Assembly (NCBI GenBank): GCA_038153405.1
Contig: JAYOYH010000009.1
Location: 33,996 to 97,995, forward strand
DNA length: 64,000 nt
DNA from: Gemmatimonadota bacterium
GTDB taxonomy: Bacteria > Latescibacterota > UBA2968 > UBA8231
Direction of reading: 5' to 3'
Below the pieces are notes generated by a model, which ran no database searches, was not told the origin of the DNA, and saw only the letters and a program-made list of their open reading frames with translations. The position numbers and the translations under genes were made by a program. Below are positions 10,970 to 20,442 of this stretch, piece by piece. Each line of letters starts with the position of its first letter. The first letter of the stretch is position 1.

Positions 10970-11740
10970 TTACGCGCGTTTCTTGAGGGGCAGCCAAGCC
11001 AGGACGTTGGCTATTTGCTCATCCCACTTGTCCCAAGTATGACCGCCCGGTCCCGTGCTATAGTCGATGTGGACACCGCGCTGCTTGGCTCGCTTGTAGA
11101 AGTTTTTGTTGTCTTGTATGAGGAAGTCCTCAGTGCCACACCACTGGTAGAGCATCGGCTGTCGCTTGCGCATGGCCAACTTGTCTATCAAGTGCATCAA
11201 ATCGTTATCGCTGCCGGGCATGGTTTCCAACGAGCCAAAGGTGTCCTCTAACTCTTTGCGCCATTCTGGCTCCATGCCGTCGGTGCTGTGCGCGCGGCTG
11301 GCCATATCCACGGCGCCCGAAAGACTCGCCGCTGCCGCAAAGCGTTCGGGATGGCTCAGCGCCATTTTAAACGCGCCGTAGCCGCCCATGGACAGGCCGG
11401 CGACAAAGGTGTCAGCGCGCCTGTCGGAGAGCGGAAAAAAGGCGTGCGCTAGACGCGGCAGCTCTTCGCTGACAAAATCCCAATAGCGCGCTCCGTGTGC
11501 CATATTGGTGTAGAAACTGCGGTTGACGGCGGGCATGACGACGGCTAAGCCAAGGGGATCGGCATAGCGCTCGATGGCGGTGCGCCGCTGCCAGATGGTA
11601 TAGTCGTCGCTCAGTCCGTGCAGCAGGTAGAGCACGGGCAGCTTTTTGCCCCCTTCGACGGCCTCCTGCGGTAGGATGACGTTGGCACCTGTCGATATGC
11701 CGAGGGCTTGCGAGAAGAAATTCCAGTGGATAAGGGCCAT
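10970..11740 (-). CDS. Alpha/beta-hydrolase esterase (tributyrin esterase/FrmB-like)
   Basis: VLYLLHGLSDD, GLSMGG nucleophile elbow, CGTEDFL, GGHTW. Start reassigned to ATG 11740. Confidence 0.9.
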   Translation of the reverse strand: MALIHWNFFSQALGISTGANVILPQEAVEGGKKLPVLYLLHGLSDDYTIWQRRTAIERYADPLGLAVVMPAVNRSFYTNMAHGARYWDFVSEELPRLAHAFFPLSDRRADTFVAGLSMGGYGAFKMALSHPERFAAAASLSGAVDMASRAHSTDGMEPEWRKELEDTFGSLETMPGSDNDLMHLIDKLAMRKRQPMLYQWCGTEDFLIQDNKNFYKRAKQRGVHIDYSTGPGGHTWDKWDEQIANVLAWLPLKKRA

Positions 11741-11816
11741 ACACACCTTTCTGCACTCGCGTGCATGAGTGCGGAAAATAGATCGCCGGGCGCATTCAAT
11801 GCGCCGCACGCCGTGC

Positions 11817-13142
11817 TTAGAGCTGCGCGCGCAGGTGCTCGACTATTTCGCTATCGGTCACCTCGGTGCTGCTTCCCTGTCGCAAGTCCTTGACCTGCCA
11901 CGCACCGTGCTGGAGTTCGTCAGGACCGCCGATGATGGCGTAGCGAAAGCCCTTGCGGTCGGCGTATTTGAGCTGTTTGCCCATGCCTTTGGCCTCGGAT
12001 GAGACCTCCGTGGCCAGGCCGGCGGCGCGCAGACGGCGCGACAGCGCGATGTATGCGCCTAGCGCATCGGGTGTAAACTGTACGATAAAAATCTGGGCAG
12101 GCGTGCTGGCGTCCGACAGCAGGTGCAGCTCTTCCATAGCGGCTAACAGGCGGTCGAGTCCAAGGGATGCACCGACGCCGGGCAGATGCTGTTTAGTATA
12201 GAGTTCGGCCAAGTTGTCATAGCGTCCGCCGCTGCAAATCGATCCGATGCCGGGCAGGTCGTCGAGCAGCGTTTCGTAGACGGTGCCCGTATAGTAATCG
12301 AGCCCGCGGGCAATGGAGACGTCTATGCACAGGCGGCCTTCGGGGATGCCCGCCGCCGAAAAGGCATCGACCAACTGTCTTAGGTCGGCCACGCCCTGCA
12401 TGGCCCGTTCGCTGGCAGCGAGCTGCTGGCCGAGCTGTTCGAGCCTCTCGCCGTTGCTGCCCTCGAGCTGCACGGCGTTTAGGATCTGCGCCGCCTGTTG
12501 GCTCGACAGCCCGACGGAAGCCATTTCTCCGGCGACCTTGTCCGCGCCGATTTTGGCGAGCTTGTCGAGGGCGCGCAGCACGGCGATCGCGTGCTCGCTC
12601 AAGCCTAGCGTCTCGAGTAGACCGCTGAGTATGTTGCGGTTGTTGACGTGGATTTGAAAGCGCTCAAAGCCCAGCGCCGTCAGCATATCGTGTATGACCA
12701 ACGCCGTTTCGATATCCGAGGTATTTGAATCGGTGCCGATCGTATCAAAGTCGCACTGGTAGAACTCGCGGTAGCGGCCCTGCTGCGTGTTTTCGCCGCG
12801 CCATACCGGTCCGACGTGGTAGCGCTTAAAGGGCAGGCCGAGCTGCTGGGCATGCTGGGCGGCAAAGCGCGCAAAAGGTACCGTCAGATCAAAGCGCAGC
12901 GCCACGTCGCGCCCGCCGTGGTCCGTAAAGCGATACATCTGCTTGTCGCTTTCCTCGCCTCCCTTGCCGATGAGAATTTCGCTGTACTCGAGCGCCGGCG
13001 TATCAATGGGGGCAAATCCGTACGAGCGAAAAACGGCTTTGGCCGCGTCAATCATCTGTTCGCGCGGCATGGCCAGAGCCGGTGGAAAGTCGCGGAACCC
13101 CTTTAGGGTGCGCGGTTGAATCAGGTTTTTTTTATCGGACAT
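11817..13142 (-). CDS. hisS: Histidine--tRNA ligase
   Basis: LRFDLTVP, GRYREFYQCDFD, RGLDYYTG, GGRYDNL. Confidence 0.98.
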   Translation of the reverse strand: MSDKKNLIQPRTLKGFRDFPPALAMPREQMIDAAKAVFRSYGFAPIDTPALEYSEILIGKGGEESDKQMYRFTDHGGRDVALRFDLTVPFARFAAQHAQQLGLPFKRYHVGPVWRGENTQQGRYREFYQCDFDTIGTDSNTSDIETALVIHDMLTALGFERFQIHVNNRNILSGLLETLGLSEHAIAVLRALDKLAKIGADKVAGEMASVGLSSQQAAQILNAVQLEGSNGERLEQLGQQLAASERAMQGVADLRQLVDAFSAAGIPEGRLCIDVSIARGLDYYTGTVYETLLDDLPGIGSICSGGRYDNLAELYTKQHLPGVGASLGLDRLLAAMEELHLLSDASTPAQIFIVQFTPDALGAYIALSRRLRAAGLATEVSSEAKGMGKQLKYADRKGFRYAIIGGPDELQHGAWQVKDLRQGSSTEVTDSEIVEHLRAQL

Positions 13143-13183
13143 AAAACGCAGCTCAGTTCGTTAATGTGCAGATGAATTGCTCG

Positions 13184-14320
13184 CTACCAATTCGTAAAGG
13201 AGCCGTCCTTGCGACGCAGCTGCGGTCCGTTCTGCCACTCGAAACCGTAGCTGGCACGGGCCACCTCCTCGTCGAACTCGAGGCCGAGACCGGGCGCCTG
13301 TGGTGGTAGGAGGTAGCCGGCCTCGTAGGGCACTTGTAGGGGAAAGAGGTCCTCCATTACCGGGTCGCCCACCAAGCCGGCTTCCTGGACGGCAAAGTTG
13401 TCGCAGGCCAGGTCCAGGTGCAGGCATGCGGCGGCTGAAACTGGGCCCAGCGGGTTGTGCGGAACGATTTTGATATAGTGTGTTTCACACCAGTTGGCGA
13501 CCTTGCGCGCTTCGGTTAGACCGCCGACGATGCACAAGTCGATGCGCGCGTAGTCGAGCAACTCCTCCTCGATCATCTGGCGGAATTCCCACTTGGTGGC
13601 ATAGTGTTCGCCGACGGCTAGCGGCGTGGCGACGTGCTGGCGAACTTGTCGATAGGTCTGCGGGTTTTCGCAGCGCAGCGGATCTTCGAGAAAGAACGGG
13701 TCGTAGGGCTCCAACTCTCGTCCGAGTCGGATGGCGTCGGGTGGATCGAGGCGCGTGTGGTAGTCGATGACGATCTCGACATCGGGTCCCACTTCTTCGC
13801 GCACGGCAGCGAAATGGGCAACGCTGTCGCGCACGGCCACTCGCGGTTCGAGAATGCCGTCGCGGTCCATGACGGAGAGGCGCAGATAGTGCCATCCCTC
13901 GTCGACGCGCTGGCGTGCGGAGCGGGCCGAGTCGGCCGGCGTGCGGCCACCGATGCCCTTATAGCAGACGACCTTATCGCGCATGCGGCCGCCCAGCAGC
14001 ATGTAGACGGGCTGGTTGAGTGCTTTGCCTTTGATGTCCCACAGCGCGATATCGATGGCCGATATCGCCGCGCTATTGATGCGTCCGCCGGGAAAGAAGT
14101 CGCCGCGAAACAGCAGCTGCCAGATCCACTCTATGTTGAGCGGATCAAGGCCGATGATATGGCGCTTCATGTGCTCAATTGCGCCGAGGCCGGCCTGTTC
14201 TCTCCAGGTGATGCCAAATTCACCAAGGCCGTAGATGCCTTCGTCCGTTTCTACTTTGACAAAGGTGTAGTTGCGATGACCGTGGTAGACGGGATAGGTC
14301 TTGACGTCGGTGATTTTCAT
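13184..14320 (-). CDS. Mandelate racemase/galactonate dehydratase-like enolase superfamily enzyme
   Basis: MKITDVK, AIDIALWDIKGK, DYHTR, FLEDP, GE, PHNPLGP. Start reassigned to ATG 14320. Confidence 0.9.
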   Translation of the reverse strand: MKITDVKTYPVYHGHRNYTFVKVETDEGIYGLGEFGITWREQAGLGAIEHMKRHIIGLDPLNIEWIWQLLFRGDFFPGGRINSAAISAIDIALWDIKGKALNQPVYMLLGGRMRDKVVCYKGIGGRTPADSARSARQRVDEGWHYLRLSVMDRDGILEPRVAVRDSVAHFAAVREEVGPDVEIVIDYHTRLDPPDAIRLGRELEPYDPFFLEDPLRCENPQTYRQVRQHVATPLAVGEHYATKWEFRQMIEEELLDYARIDLCIVGGLTEARKVANWCETHYIKIVPHNPLGPVSAAACLHLDLACDNFAVQEAGLVGDPVMEDLFPLQVPYEAGYLLPPQAPGLGLEFDEEVARASYGFEWQNGPQLRRKDGSFTNW

Positions 14321-14369
14321 AGTGCGGCTCCTTCCTAGGAGGATAATATCAGGTCCAGCGCCCAAAAAT

Positions 14370-15215
14370 TCAAAAGCGGCGCGTCCACTCGCCGAGGGCA
14401 ACGGCGATCAGGCCGAGCACCATGCCGGCTTTGAGCAGGCGACCGAGGTGGCCGCAAGCACGTTGCGCCGAATCGCGCTGGAGGCGGTAGACGACGTAGA
14501 TGACGAGTAGATCTACGGCGGCGACGCACACCAGATAGGCGCTGCCGTAGATCTCGAGCACAAAGGGGAGCAGCGTAAGACCGATCAGCAAGGCATATAT
14601 GAAGGTGGCCGCGTGGACTGCCGCGCGCGTGCCCCAGCGCAGCGGCAGCGTGCGATCGCCGCGCTGGCGGTCGCCGGCCATGTCCTCGATGTCCTTGATG
14701 ATTTCGCGGCCCACGTGGAATAGCAGGGCGAATGCGGCGGGAATCCACGAGCGGCCGAGCGTGCCGCCGGCCATGGCACCGTAGGGGAAGGCGGAGGCGG
14801 ACAGCAGTCCGACCAGTGCATTGCCCCAAAGCACGCTGGTCTTTAGGTAGGCGCTGTAGAGGACGAGGAGGGCCGTGATCGCCGCTGCTAGTAGGGCGTG
14901 ATGCACACTGATAGATAGGGCAATGGCAATGCCCGCAGCAGCGGCAACGGCAGCATAGGCGCCCGCCGTGCGCGGCGCGATGCGCTGGGAGGGGAGCGGT
15001 CGCTCGGGCCTATTGATGCGATCGATATCGATGTCCAGCAGGTCGTTAAACGCATTGCCCGCCGCGTTAATCAGCGCGGCCGAAAGCGCGGTAGCTACCA
15101 GCCGTACGGGGGGAATCGAACCGTCTGTGCACAGGGCACCAGCGGCGACGGATAGGGCCGTAATCAGGCCGTTTAGCGGCCGCGAAAGATCGATCAGGGC
15201 GATGAGTGTATGCAC
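14370..15215 (-). CDS. UbiA-family prenyltransferase, DGGGP synthase-like
   Basis: NAFNDLLDIDIDRINRPERPLPS and REIIKDIEDMAGD motifs; polytopic membrane protein. Confidence 0.8.
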   Translation of the reverse strand: MHTLIALIDLSRPLNGLITALSVAAGALCTDGSIPPVRLVATALSAALINAAGNAFNDLLDIDIDRINRPERPLPSQRIAPRTAGAYAAVAAAAGIAIALSISVHHALLAAAITALLVLYSAYLKTSVLWGNALVGLLSASAFPYGAMAGGTLGRSWIPAAFALLFHVGREIIKDIEDMAGDRQRGDRTLPLRWGTRAAVHAATFIYALLIGLTLLPFVLEIYGSAYLVCVAAVDLLVIYVVYRLQRDSAQRACGHLGRLLKAGMVLGLIAVALGEWTRRF

Positions 15216-15298
15216 GAAATGCCGCCGATAAAGTGCGAAAGTACGCGCCGATCACCGCGCGCGTTAAAAAAGGCGAAAAACAGACCTAAATGCTTGGA

Positions 15299-15352
15299 AT
15301 AAAAGTATTTTTTCAAATTTTTCTTGACAGTGTATTGAGTGCAGTTTATGTT
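15299..15352 (+). promoter_or_regulatory. Sigma70-type promoter of the HU gene
   Basis: TTGACA (15324-15329), 17-bp spacer, TATGTT (15347-15352), with an AT-rich UP-like tract upstream. Confidence 0.7.
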
Positions 15353-15456
15353 CCCATAACATCATTATTCCCAATAAGTAAGGGATGATTTAACTCTCCC
15401 CAAGAGGCTTCTTTCTCCAAGCGCCTTGCGGCGGTCTACCAATCAGGAGATGCGTC

Positions 15457-15819
15457 TTGTCTACAGTGACAAAAAAGGAGCTGGCGCTCCTCGTGAGCGA
15501 AAGCGCGGGCTGCAAGAAGAACGTGGCCGCCGAAATGGTCGACAGCCTATTCAATGCCATGCGCGATAGCCTGATTGAGGGCAATCGCATAGAAATTCGC
15601 GGCTTTGGCGTTTTTCAAGTTAAGGACACCCGCCCCAAACCCGCCGCTCGCAATCCGCGCACGGGTGAGATCATCTATGTCCCAGCGCGCCGCAAGACCC
15701 ACTTCAAGCCTGGTCGCCTGCTAAAAGATGCGCTGCACGAGGTGCGCGAAGCGGACGCCGTGCCAACCGCCGCTGCTGCGTCGGCCCCGCTGGGCGAATC
15801 GGACTCCAATAGTCAATAA
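15457..15819 (+). CDS. HU/IHF-family DNA-binding protein
   Basis: TKKEL, IEIRGFGVF, ARNPRTGE, FKPG. AGGAG RBS before a TTG start. Confidence 0.95.
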   Translation: MSTVTKKELALLVSESAGCKKNVAAEMVDSLFNAMRDSLIEGNRIEIRGFGVFQVKDTRPKPAARNPRTGEIIYVPARRKTHFKPGRLLKDALHEVREADAVPTAAAASAPLGESDSNSQ

Positions 15820-15835
15820 AAGGTCATTGCGCGCT

Positions 15836-18229
15836 GTGAACAATTGTGCGAGAGGGGTGCTTTGCGCCTCTCTCTTTTTTTTCCTGTGCGGGCTAGGTGT
15901 TGTCGACGCCGAGCAATTGGTTGGTTTGCGGTGGGAAAACCCCGGCCAATTGCGCCAGTTGCAAGAGCGCGGGCTGCAGGTGCGCTATGTCGATCGCGGC
16001 ATCGTCCTCGTCGCTTGGGCGAACGACGCTGCGGTGGACGATCCCATATTTAAAGACGTGCGCTCGCCAGGCGAGCGCTACTACGTGGCCGACCACCTCG
16101 ACGCGCTACCGCTCGAAGGCGTGCGTGTAGTACACGAGCGAGGTGGCCTGCGAGGCTGGGCGCTGGTGCGGATGCAGCCGCAGCGCGCAGACCAGCTGCG
16201 CGTAGAAGGAGGCCATTTTCTCTGGCCGCTGCCCGAGCGCTACAATACGCGCACCTGGCTGCAGCCCAGACCGGGTGCAAAGGCCACGCAGGGCGAACCG
16301 GTCGCGGCCGTGCGGCAACTCCTCGATCGAATCGATGCCGAACGCCTGCGCCGCGACGTCGAGGCATTATCGCTGATCGATCCGCAGGCCGGCAGCGTGG
16401 AGGGCAATTTCCGCACTCGCTTTGTATTGCATCCAGATATGCTCGAAGCTACGCAGTATATCGGCGCTCAACTGGCCGATGCACTGGGCGAAGCGGCCGT
16501 CGAGATACAGCCCTTTCCCATCAGTCGCAGCACGGCGCGCTCGCGCGTGCGGGAGAATAAAGAAGGCATTGATCTGGTCGACAGCACGGCGTTTAACGTG
16601 GTAGCGACGTTGCCCGGTTCCGATCCGACCGCCGGTTACTACGTCATCTGTGCTCACTACGACGCCACGGCCGTGCGTTCGAGCGGCTGGGATTGGCGGC
16701 AGGACCCGGCGCCGGGAGCCGATGACAACGCCAGTGGCACGGCGCTGGTGCTGGAGAGCGCGCGCGTGCTGGCCGGTCAAACCTTCCCGTGGACCATCAA
16801 ATTCATCGCCTTTTCCGGCGAAGAGCTCGGGCTGTTGGGCAGCCGTGCGTATGCCGAAGCGGCCCTTCTCAACGACGAGCGCATTCTCGGCGTGCTCAAC
16901 TTTGATATGATCGGTTTTAACGATCTCGCCGAGCGCTTGGAACTGGTGAGCAACCCCGGTTCGCTGTGGCTGGTCGACGCCATGCGCCAAGTAAACGAGC
17001 GCTATGAAATTGGTCTGCAGGTAGATGTGCTTGAAGATGCGGGGGCGGGCCTGAGCGACCACGCGCCGTTCTGGGCGCGCGGCTACGACGCGGTGCTCGG
17101 CATTGAGAACTACCTGCCGACCGATACGACGACAGTTGGGGTTCGCCGCGGCCAATACCGAATAAACTCGCAGTACCACTCGACGATTGACCTACCGGAC
17201 AGTCTAAACTACGGCCTCATGCGGCGCGTAACCCAGCTGGCCGTGGGCACGCTGGCTGAGTACGGCGTTGGCCAGGGTTTGCCCAACTTAGCTGTGTTTA
17301 ACGGCGATTTGCGCGGCGATGACGAAGACCATCTGCGCGTGCGCGTCAGCAATATCGGCTTTGGGCCGCTGTCGGCCGACTTTGATCTGCGCGTGTCGCA
17401 GTGCCAACTCGATTCAAGCGGCTGTGAGCTGGTCCATGAAGCGAGCGTGGTGGGGGGACTGGTGCCGGGCGGCAACGCCGAAGTGCGTTTTGCATGGAGC
17501 CGCTTTGGCCAACAGCTCTTTCTCGTCGAAGTCGAAGCGGGCGAGTCGGAGGTGACGTTGCAGGACAATCGACTGTTTCAGCAGGTGAGCCTGATACCCC
17601 AACGAGATATCGTCGTATTTCCCAACCCCTTTCTGCCGCTGCAGCAGTCGGCGCTGCGCTTTAGCGGGGTGCCGTTCAACGCGGAGGTGCGCATCTATGC
17701 GCCGACGGGCGAGTTGGTATGGAGCGCGCGCGAAGACGATGGGCGCCAGCGGCGTTTAGGGGCACGCGCCAACGAAGTGCTCTGGCTCGGCGTCAACGGC
17801 AGCGGCAGCAGCGATCTCGGTGCGCCGCTGGTGGCCAGCGGCATCTACGTCTACGCTATCTACGGAGCCGATGGCGCGCTGCTGCGCAAAGACAAAGTCG
17901 CCGTCGTGCGCTCCCAACGAGATATCGTCGTATTTCCCAACCCCTTTCTGCCGCTGCAGCAGTCGGCGCTGCGCTTTAGCGGGGTGCCGTTCAACGCGGA
18001 GGTGCGCATCTATGCGCCGACGGGCGAGTTGGTATGGAGCGCGCGCGAAGACGATGGGCGCCAGCGGCGTTTAGGGGCACGCGCCAACGAAGTGCTCTGG
18101 CTCGGCGTCAACGGCAGCGGCAGCAGCGATCTCGGTGCGCCGCTGGTGGCCAGCGGCATCTACGTCTACGCTATCTACGGAGCCGATGGCGCGCTGCTGC
18201 GCAAAGACAAAGTCGCCGTCGTGCGCTAG
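15836..18229 (+). CDS. Secreted M28 metallopeptidase with CARDB-like Ig domain and duplicated T9SS/FlgD-type C-terminal domain
   Basis: AHYD, GADDNASG, GEELGL, NFDMIG, SDH and YHS motifs; signal-like N-terminus. Start (GTG 15836) is uncertain. Confidence 0.85.
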   Translation: MNNCARGVLCASLFFFLCGLGVVDAEQLVGLRWENPGQLRQLQERGLQVRYVDRGIVLVAWANDAAVDDPIFKDVRSPGERYYVADHLDALPLEGVRVVHERGGLRGWALVRMQPQRADQLRVEGGHFLWPLPERYNTRTWLQPRPGAKATQGEPVAAVRQLLDRIDAERLRRDVEALSLIDPQAGSVEGNFRTRFVLHPDMLEATQYIGAQLADALGEAAVEIQPFPISRSTARSRVRENKEGIDLVDSTAFNVVATLPGSDPTAGYYVICAHYDATAVRSSGWDWRQDPAPGADDNASGTALVLESARVLAGQTFPWTIKFIAFSGEELGLLGSRAYAEAALLNDERILGVLNFDMIGFNDLAERLELVSNPGSLWLVDAMRQVNERYEIGLQVDVLEDAGAGLSDHAPFWARGYDAVLGIENYLPTDTTTVGVRRGQYRINSQYHSTIDLPDSLNYGLMRRVTQLAVGTLAEYGVGQGLPNLAVFNGDLRGDDEDHLRVRVSNIGFGPLSADFDLRVSQCQLDSSGCELVHEASVVGGLVPGGNAEVRFAWSRFGQQLFLVEVEAGESEVTLQDNRLFQQVSLIPQRDIVVFPNPFLPLQQSALRFSGVPFNAEVRIYAPTGELVWSAREDDGRQRRLGARANEVLWLGVNGSGSSDLGAPLVASGIYVYAIYGADGALLRKDKVAVVRSQRDIVVFPNPFLPLQQSALRFSGVPFNAEVRIYAPTGELVWSAREDDGRQRRLGARANEVLWLGVNGSGSSDLGAPLVASGIYVYAIYGADGALLRKDKVAVVR
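17598..18227 (+). repeat. Perfect tandem duplication, 2 x 315 bp
   Basis: 17598-17912 is identical by eye to 17913-18227. Confidence 0.95.
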
Positions 18230-18279
18230 CGCGATACAACACATTCCCATAAAAATAGAGTAGTGGCAGAGGGGGCGTT

Positions 18280-18978
18280 TTAATCGCGGCCGAGCGGACA
18301 GTCGCTGCAGCGTCGCGTGTCGTCGTCGCAGTGCGCTAGTTCACAGCTTAGCAGGGCATTGACTTGGTTCTGCCAGTGTGGCGGGTAGTTGATAGCGCCC
18401 TCGACGCGAAAATCGCGCACCAGCGCGCGCAGCAGGGCAAAGCGCGTCTTGCGGTCGGCCACCCGTTCGCGCACGCGCCGACGGGCTGCGGCCAGACCGT
18501 CCAGGTAGGTAGCAAAATTTTTATCAAAGAGCTCGGCGAGGTCTTGGCGCAGGCGGCTGGCCAGCGAGGGACTGGTGTTGCTGGTGCTGATGCTCAGGCG
18601 CAAATGGCCGGGATGCACCAGCGCGACCATGCCGAAGGTGCAGTATTCGGGTTGGTCGTAGGAGTTGATGAGTATATTGCGCGCCGAGGCGTTTTCCCAC
18701 ACGCGCCGCGTGAGATCTGGATCGTCGGCTACGGTGTTAATGACTAGGAATACGCCGTCGAGATCGGTATCGGCAAAGGGCTGCGCGCGATGGCAGAGGC
18801 GCTTCTCAGCGGCCCATGTGCTCAGCTGTGGGGTGAGCTGGTCGGCCAGCAGCACAACGCGCGCCCCGGCGTCGAGCAGGCGTCCGGTCTTTTCTTCGGC
18901 CTCGCGTCCGCCGCCCAAGACGAGGCACGGGCGGTCCATGACGTCGAGACCGACTTGAAAGAGTGGGTTGATCTTCAC
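18280..18978 (-). CDS. Precorrin-2 dehydrogenase/sirohydrochlorin ferrochelatase (SirC/Met8p/CysG N-terminal type)
   Basis: CLVLGGGREAEEK Rossmann motif, INSYDQPEYCTF, ISTSNTSPSLA. Confidence 0.85.
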   Translation of the reverse strand: MKINPLFQVGLDVMDRPCLVLGGGREAEEKTGRLLDAGARVVLLADQLTPQLSTWAAEKRLCHRAQPFADTDLDGVFLVINTVADDPDLTRRVWENASARNILINSYDQPEYCTFGMVALVHPGHLRLSISTSNTSPSLASRLRQDLAELFDKNFATYLDGLAAARRRVRERVADRKTRFALLRALVRDFRVEGAINYPPHWQNQVNALLSCELAHCDDDTRRCSDCPLGRD

Positions 18979-19454
18979 GGGCCGTGGCCCAGTTGAGCAA
19001 CCAGTTCGGGCAATTGCGGCAGCACTAGCTTTTCCAGAGCTATTTCTATGGCTTGGCCATCGGCTGGTAAGGCAAAGACCAGGCGGCGCTGCTGGACGCC
19101 AGCCGCTGCGCGCGCCAGCATAGCGCGGGGGCCAATGGCTGGAAAGAGTAGGCCGCGCAGCAGCTCGCCAAAGCCGTCTAGTCGGCGATCAAAGAGCTTT
19201 TCGGCCGCATCGCTCGTCGCATCGCGCAGGCCGATGCCGCCGCCGCTGGTGAGAAAAATGGTGCGCACGGAGCTAGACTGGGCGAGCATGGCCAACTCGC
19301 CCTTTATCTGCAGCGAGTCGCTCCGGATCTTGCGCGGAGCACTGCAGGTGTGGCCGGCGGCGCTCAATAATTCGACGATGCGCTCGGCGTTGCCCACGGC
19401 GCGCTCGTCGCGGTCGCCGCCTACGGCGACGACCGCACATCCAATCGCCGCCAT
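18975..19454 (-). CDS. MoaB/MogA-like molybdopterin-binding protein (divergent)
   Basis: TSGGGIGLRDAT, LDGFGELLR, AMLARAAAG, VFALP. Confidence 0.7.
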   Translation of the reverse strand: MAAIGCAVVAVGGDRDERAVGNAERIVELLSAAGHTCSAPRKIRSDSLQIKGELAMLAQSSSVRTIFLTSGGGIGLRDATSDAAEKLFDRRLDGFGELLRGLLFPAIGPRAMLARAAAGVQQRRLVFALPADGQAIEIALEKLVLPQLPELVAQLGHGP

Positions 19455-20362
19455 TACAGCCCTTTGGAAAGCGACAGGTAGTCGGTGCCTTCGCCGGCGC
19501 CTATTTCAATTGGCAGGCCCAGTTCGGCCCAACCCTTTTCGATGACCTGTCCGCTCTGGTCGCGCGCGCCGCCGAAGCCCCCCATTACGTTGGAGACGTC
19601 CGTAAAACCGGCGGCCACCAGCGCTTCGGCCGCTCGCTGTGAACGCCCGCCCATCTGGCATCCTAGCAGGAGTTTGGCGTTGTGTGTAAAGTGCTTTTCT
19701 ACCGTGCGAACAAAGTCGTTGTTGGGAACCATGCCCATCGCTTCTTTGTGCATGATGGGTATATTAAGAGAGTCGGCTGGGTGGGCAGCTTCGTATTCGG
19801 GCATGGAGCGCACATCGATATATACGTAGCCATCGCCGCCGTCGAGCAGTTCCTTGGCCTGGGTGGGGTTAATGGTTTTTACACTCATCGGGTATACCTC
19901 CTGTCGTATAAAAGTACCGTTCGGATCAAATACTGGGCGCTCGCTGCGCCGCTGTTGTTTAAGGTGTTCAAACCAGCAGCGATAAGAACAAAAGTAGTAC
20001 CCTTGTCGCTCGATAAAGTTGCTTTCGTAGGGCTGGGCGCAGGCGTGGCATCGACGCTGTGCTTTGGGCGTCGGCTGGCCGCGGGAGAAGCTGTCGAACA
20101 ATCGATTCAAATAGTAGCCGCCGCGCCAGCCCAAAAGGAGTGCACAGCCGGCCTGTAACAGCGTGTGGCTGAGCAGCGCGCTGCCGACGAGTGCCAACCA
20201 GAAACACAGGCAGTGCGGACAGCTTATGAGCTGGTGTAGAAGGGCCGATCTTTGCTCTACGCTGTTGCGCAGTCCGGCCAGTATGGGAGAACGCCGTATA
20301 AAACGGCTCCCAAAGGCCGAGAAGGCCACGTTGGCCGTTAGTATGTAGAGCAGCGATTCCAC
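19454..20362 (-). CDS. Fusion of DUF1360-like membrane domain, TRASH-like Cys motif and rhodanese
   Basis: LISCPHCLCFW, CHAC..FCSYRC, and DVRSMPEY..HP plus the CQMGGRS active loop. Confidence 0.75.
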   Translation of the reverse strand: MESLLYILTANVAFSAFGSRFIRRSPILAGLRNSVEQRSALLHQLISCPHCLCFWLALVGSALLSHTLLQAGCALLLGWRGGYYLNRLFDSFSRGQPTPKAQRRCHACAQPYESNFIERQGYYFCSYRCWFEHLKQQRRSERPVFDPNGTFIRQEVYPMSVKTINPTQAKELLDGGDGYVYIDVRSMPEYEAAHPADSLNIPIMHKEAMGMVPNNDFVRTVEKHFTHNAKLLLGCQMGGRSQRAAEALVAAGFTDVSNVMGGFGGARDQSGQVIEKGWAELGLPIEIGAGEGTDYLSLSKGL

Positions 20363-20442
20363 TTGACAGTGCGTAGCGAGTAGGGCTCTTTTCGTCTATA
20401 TGATAATAGACTATTGGATATGCATAATAATACGAACACTGC

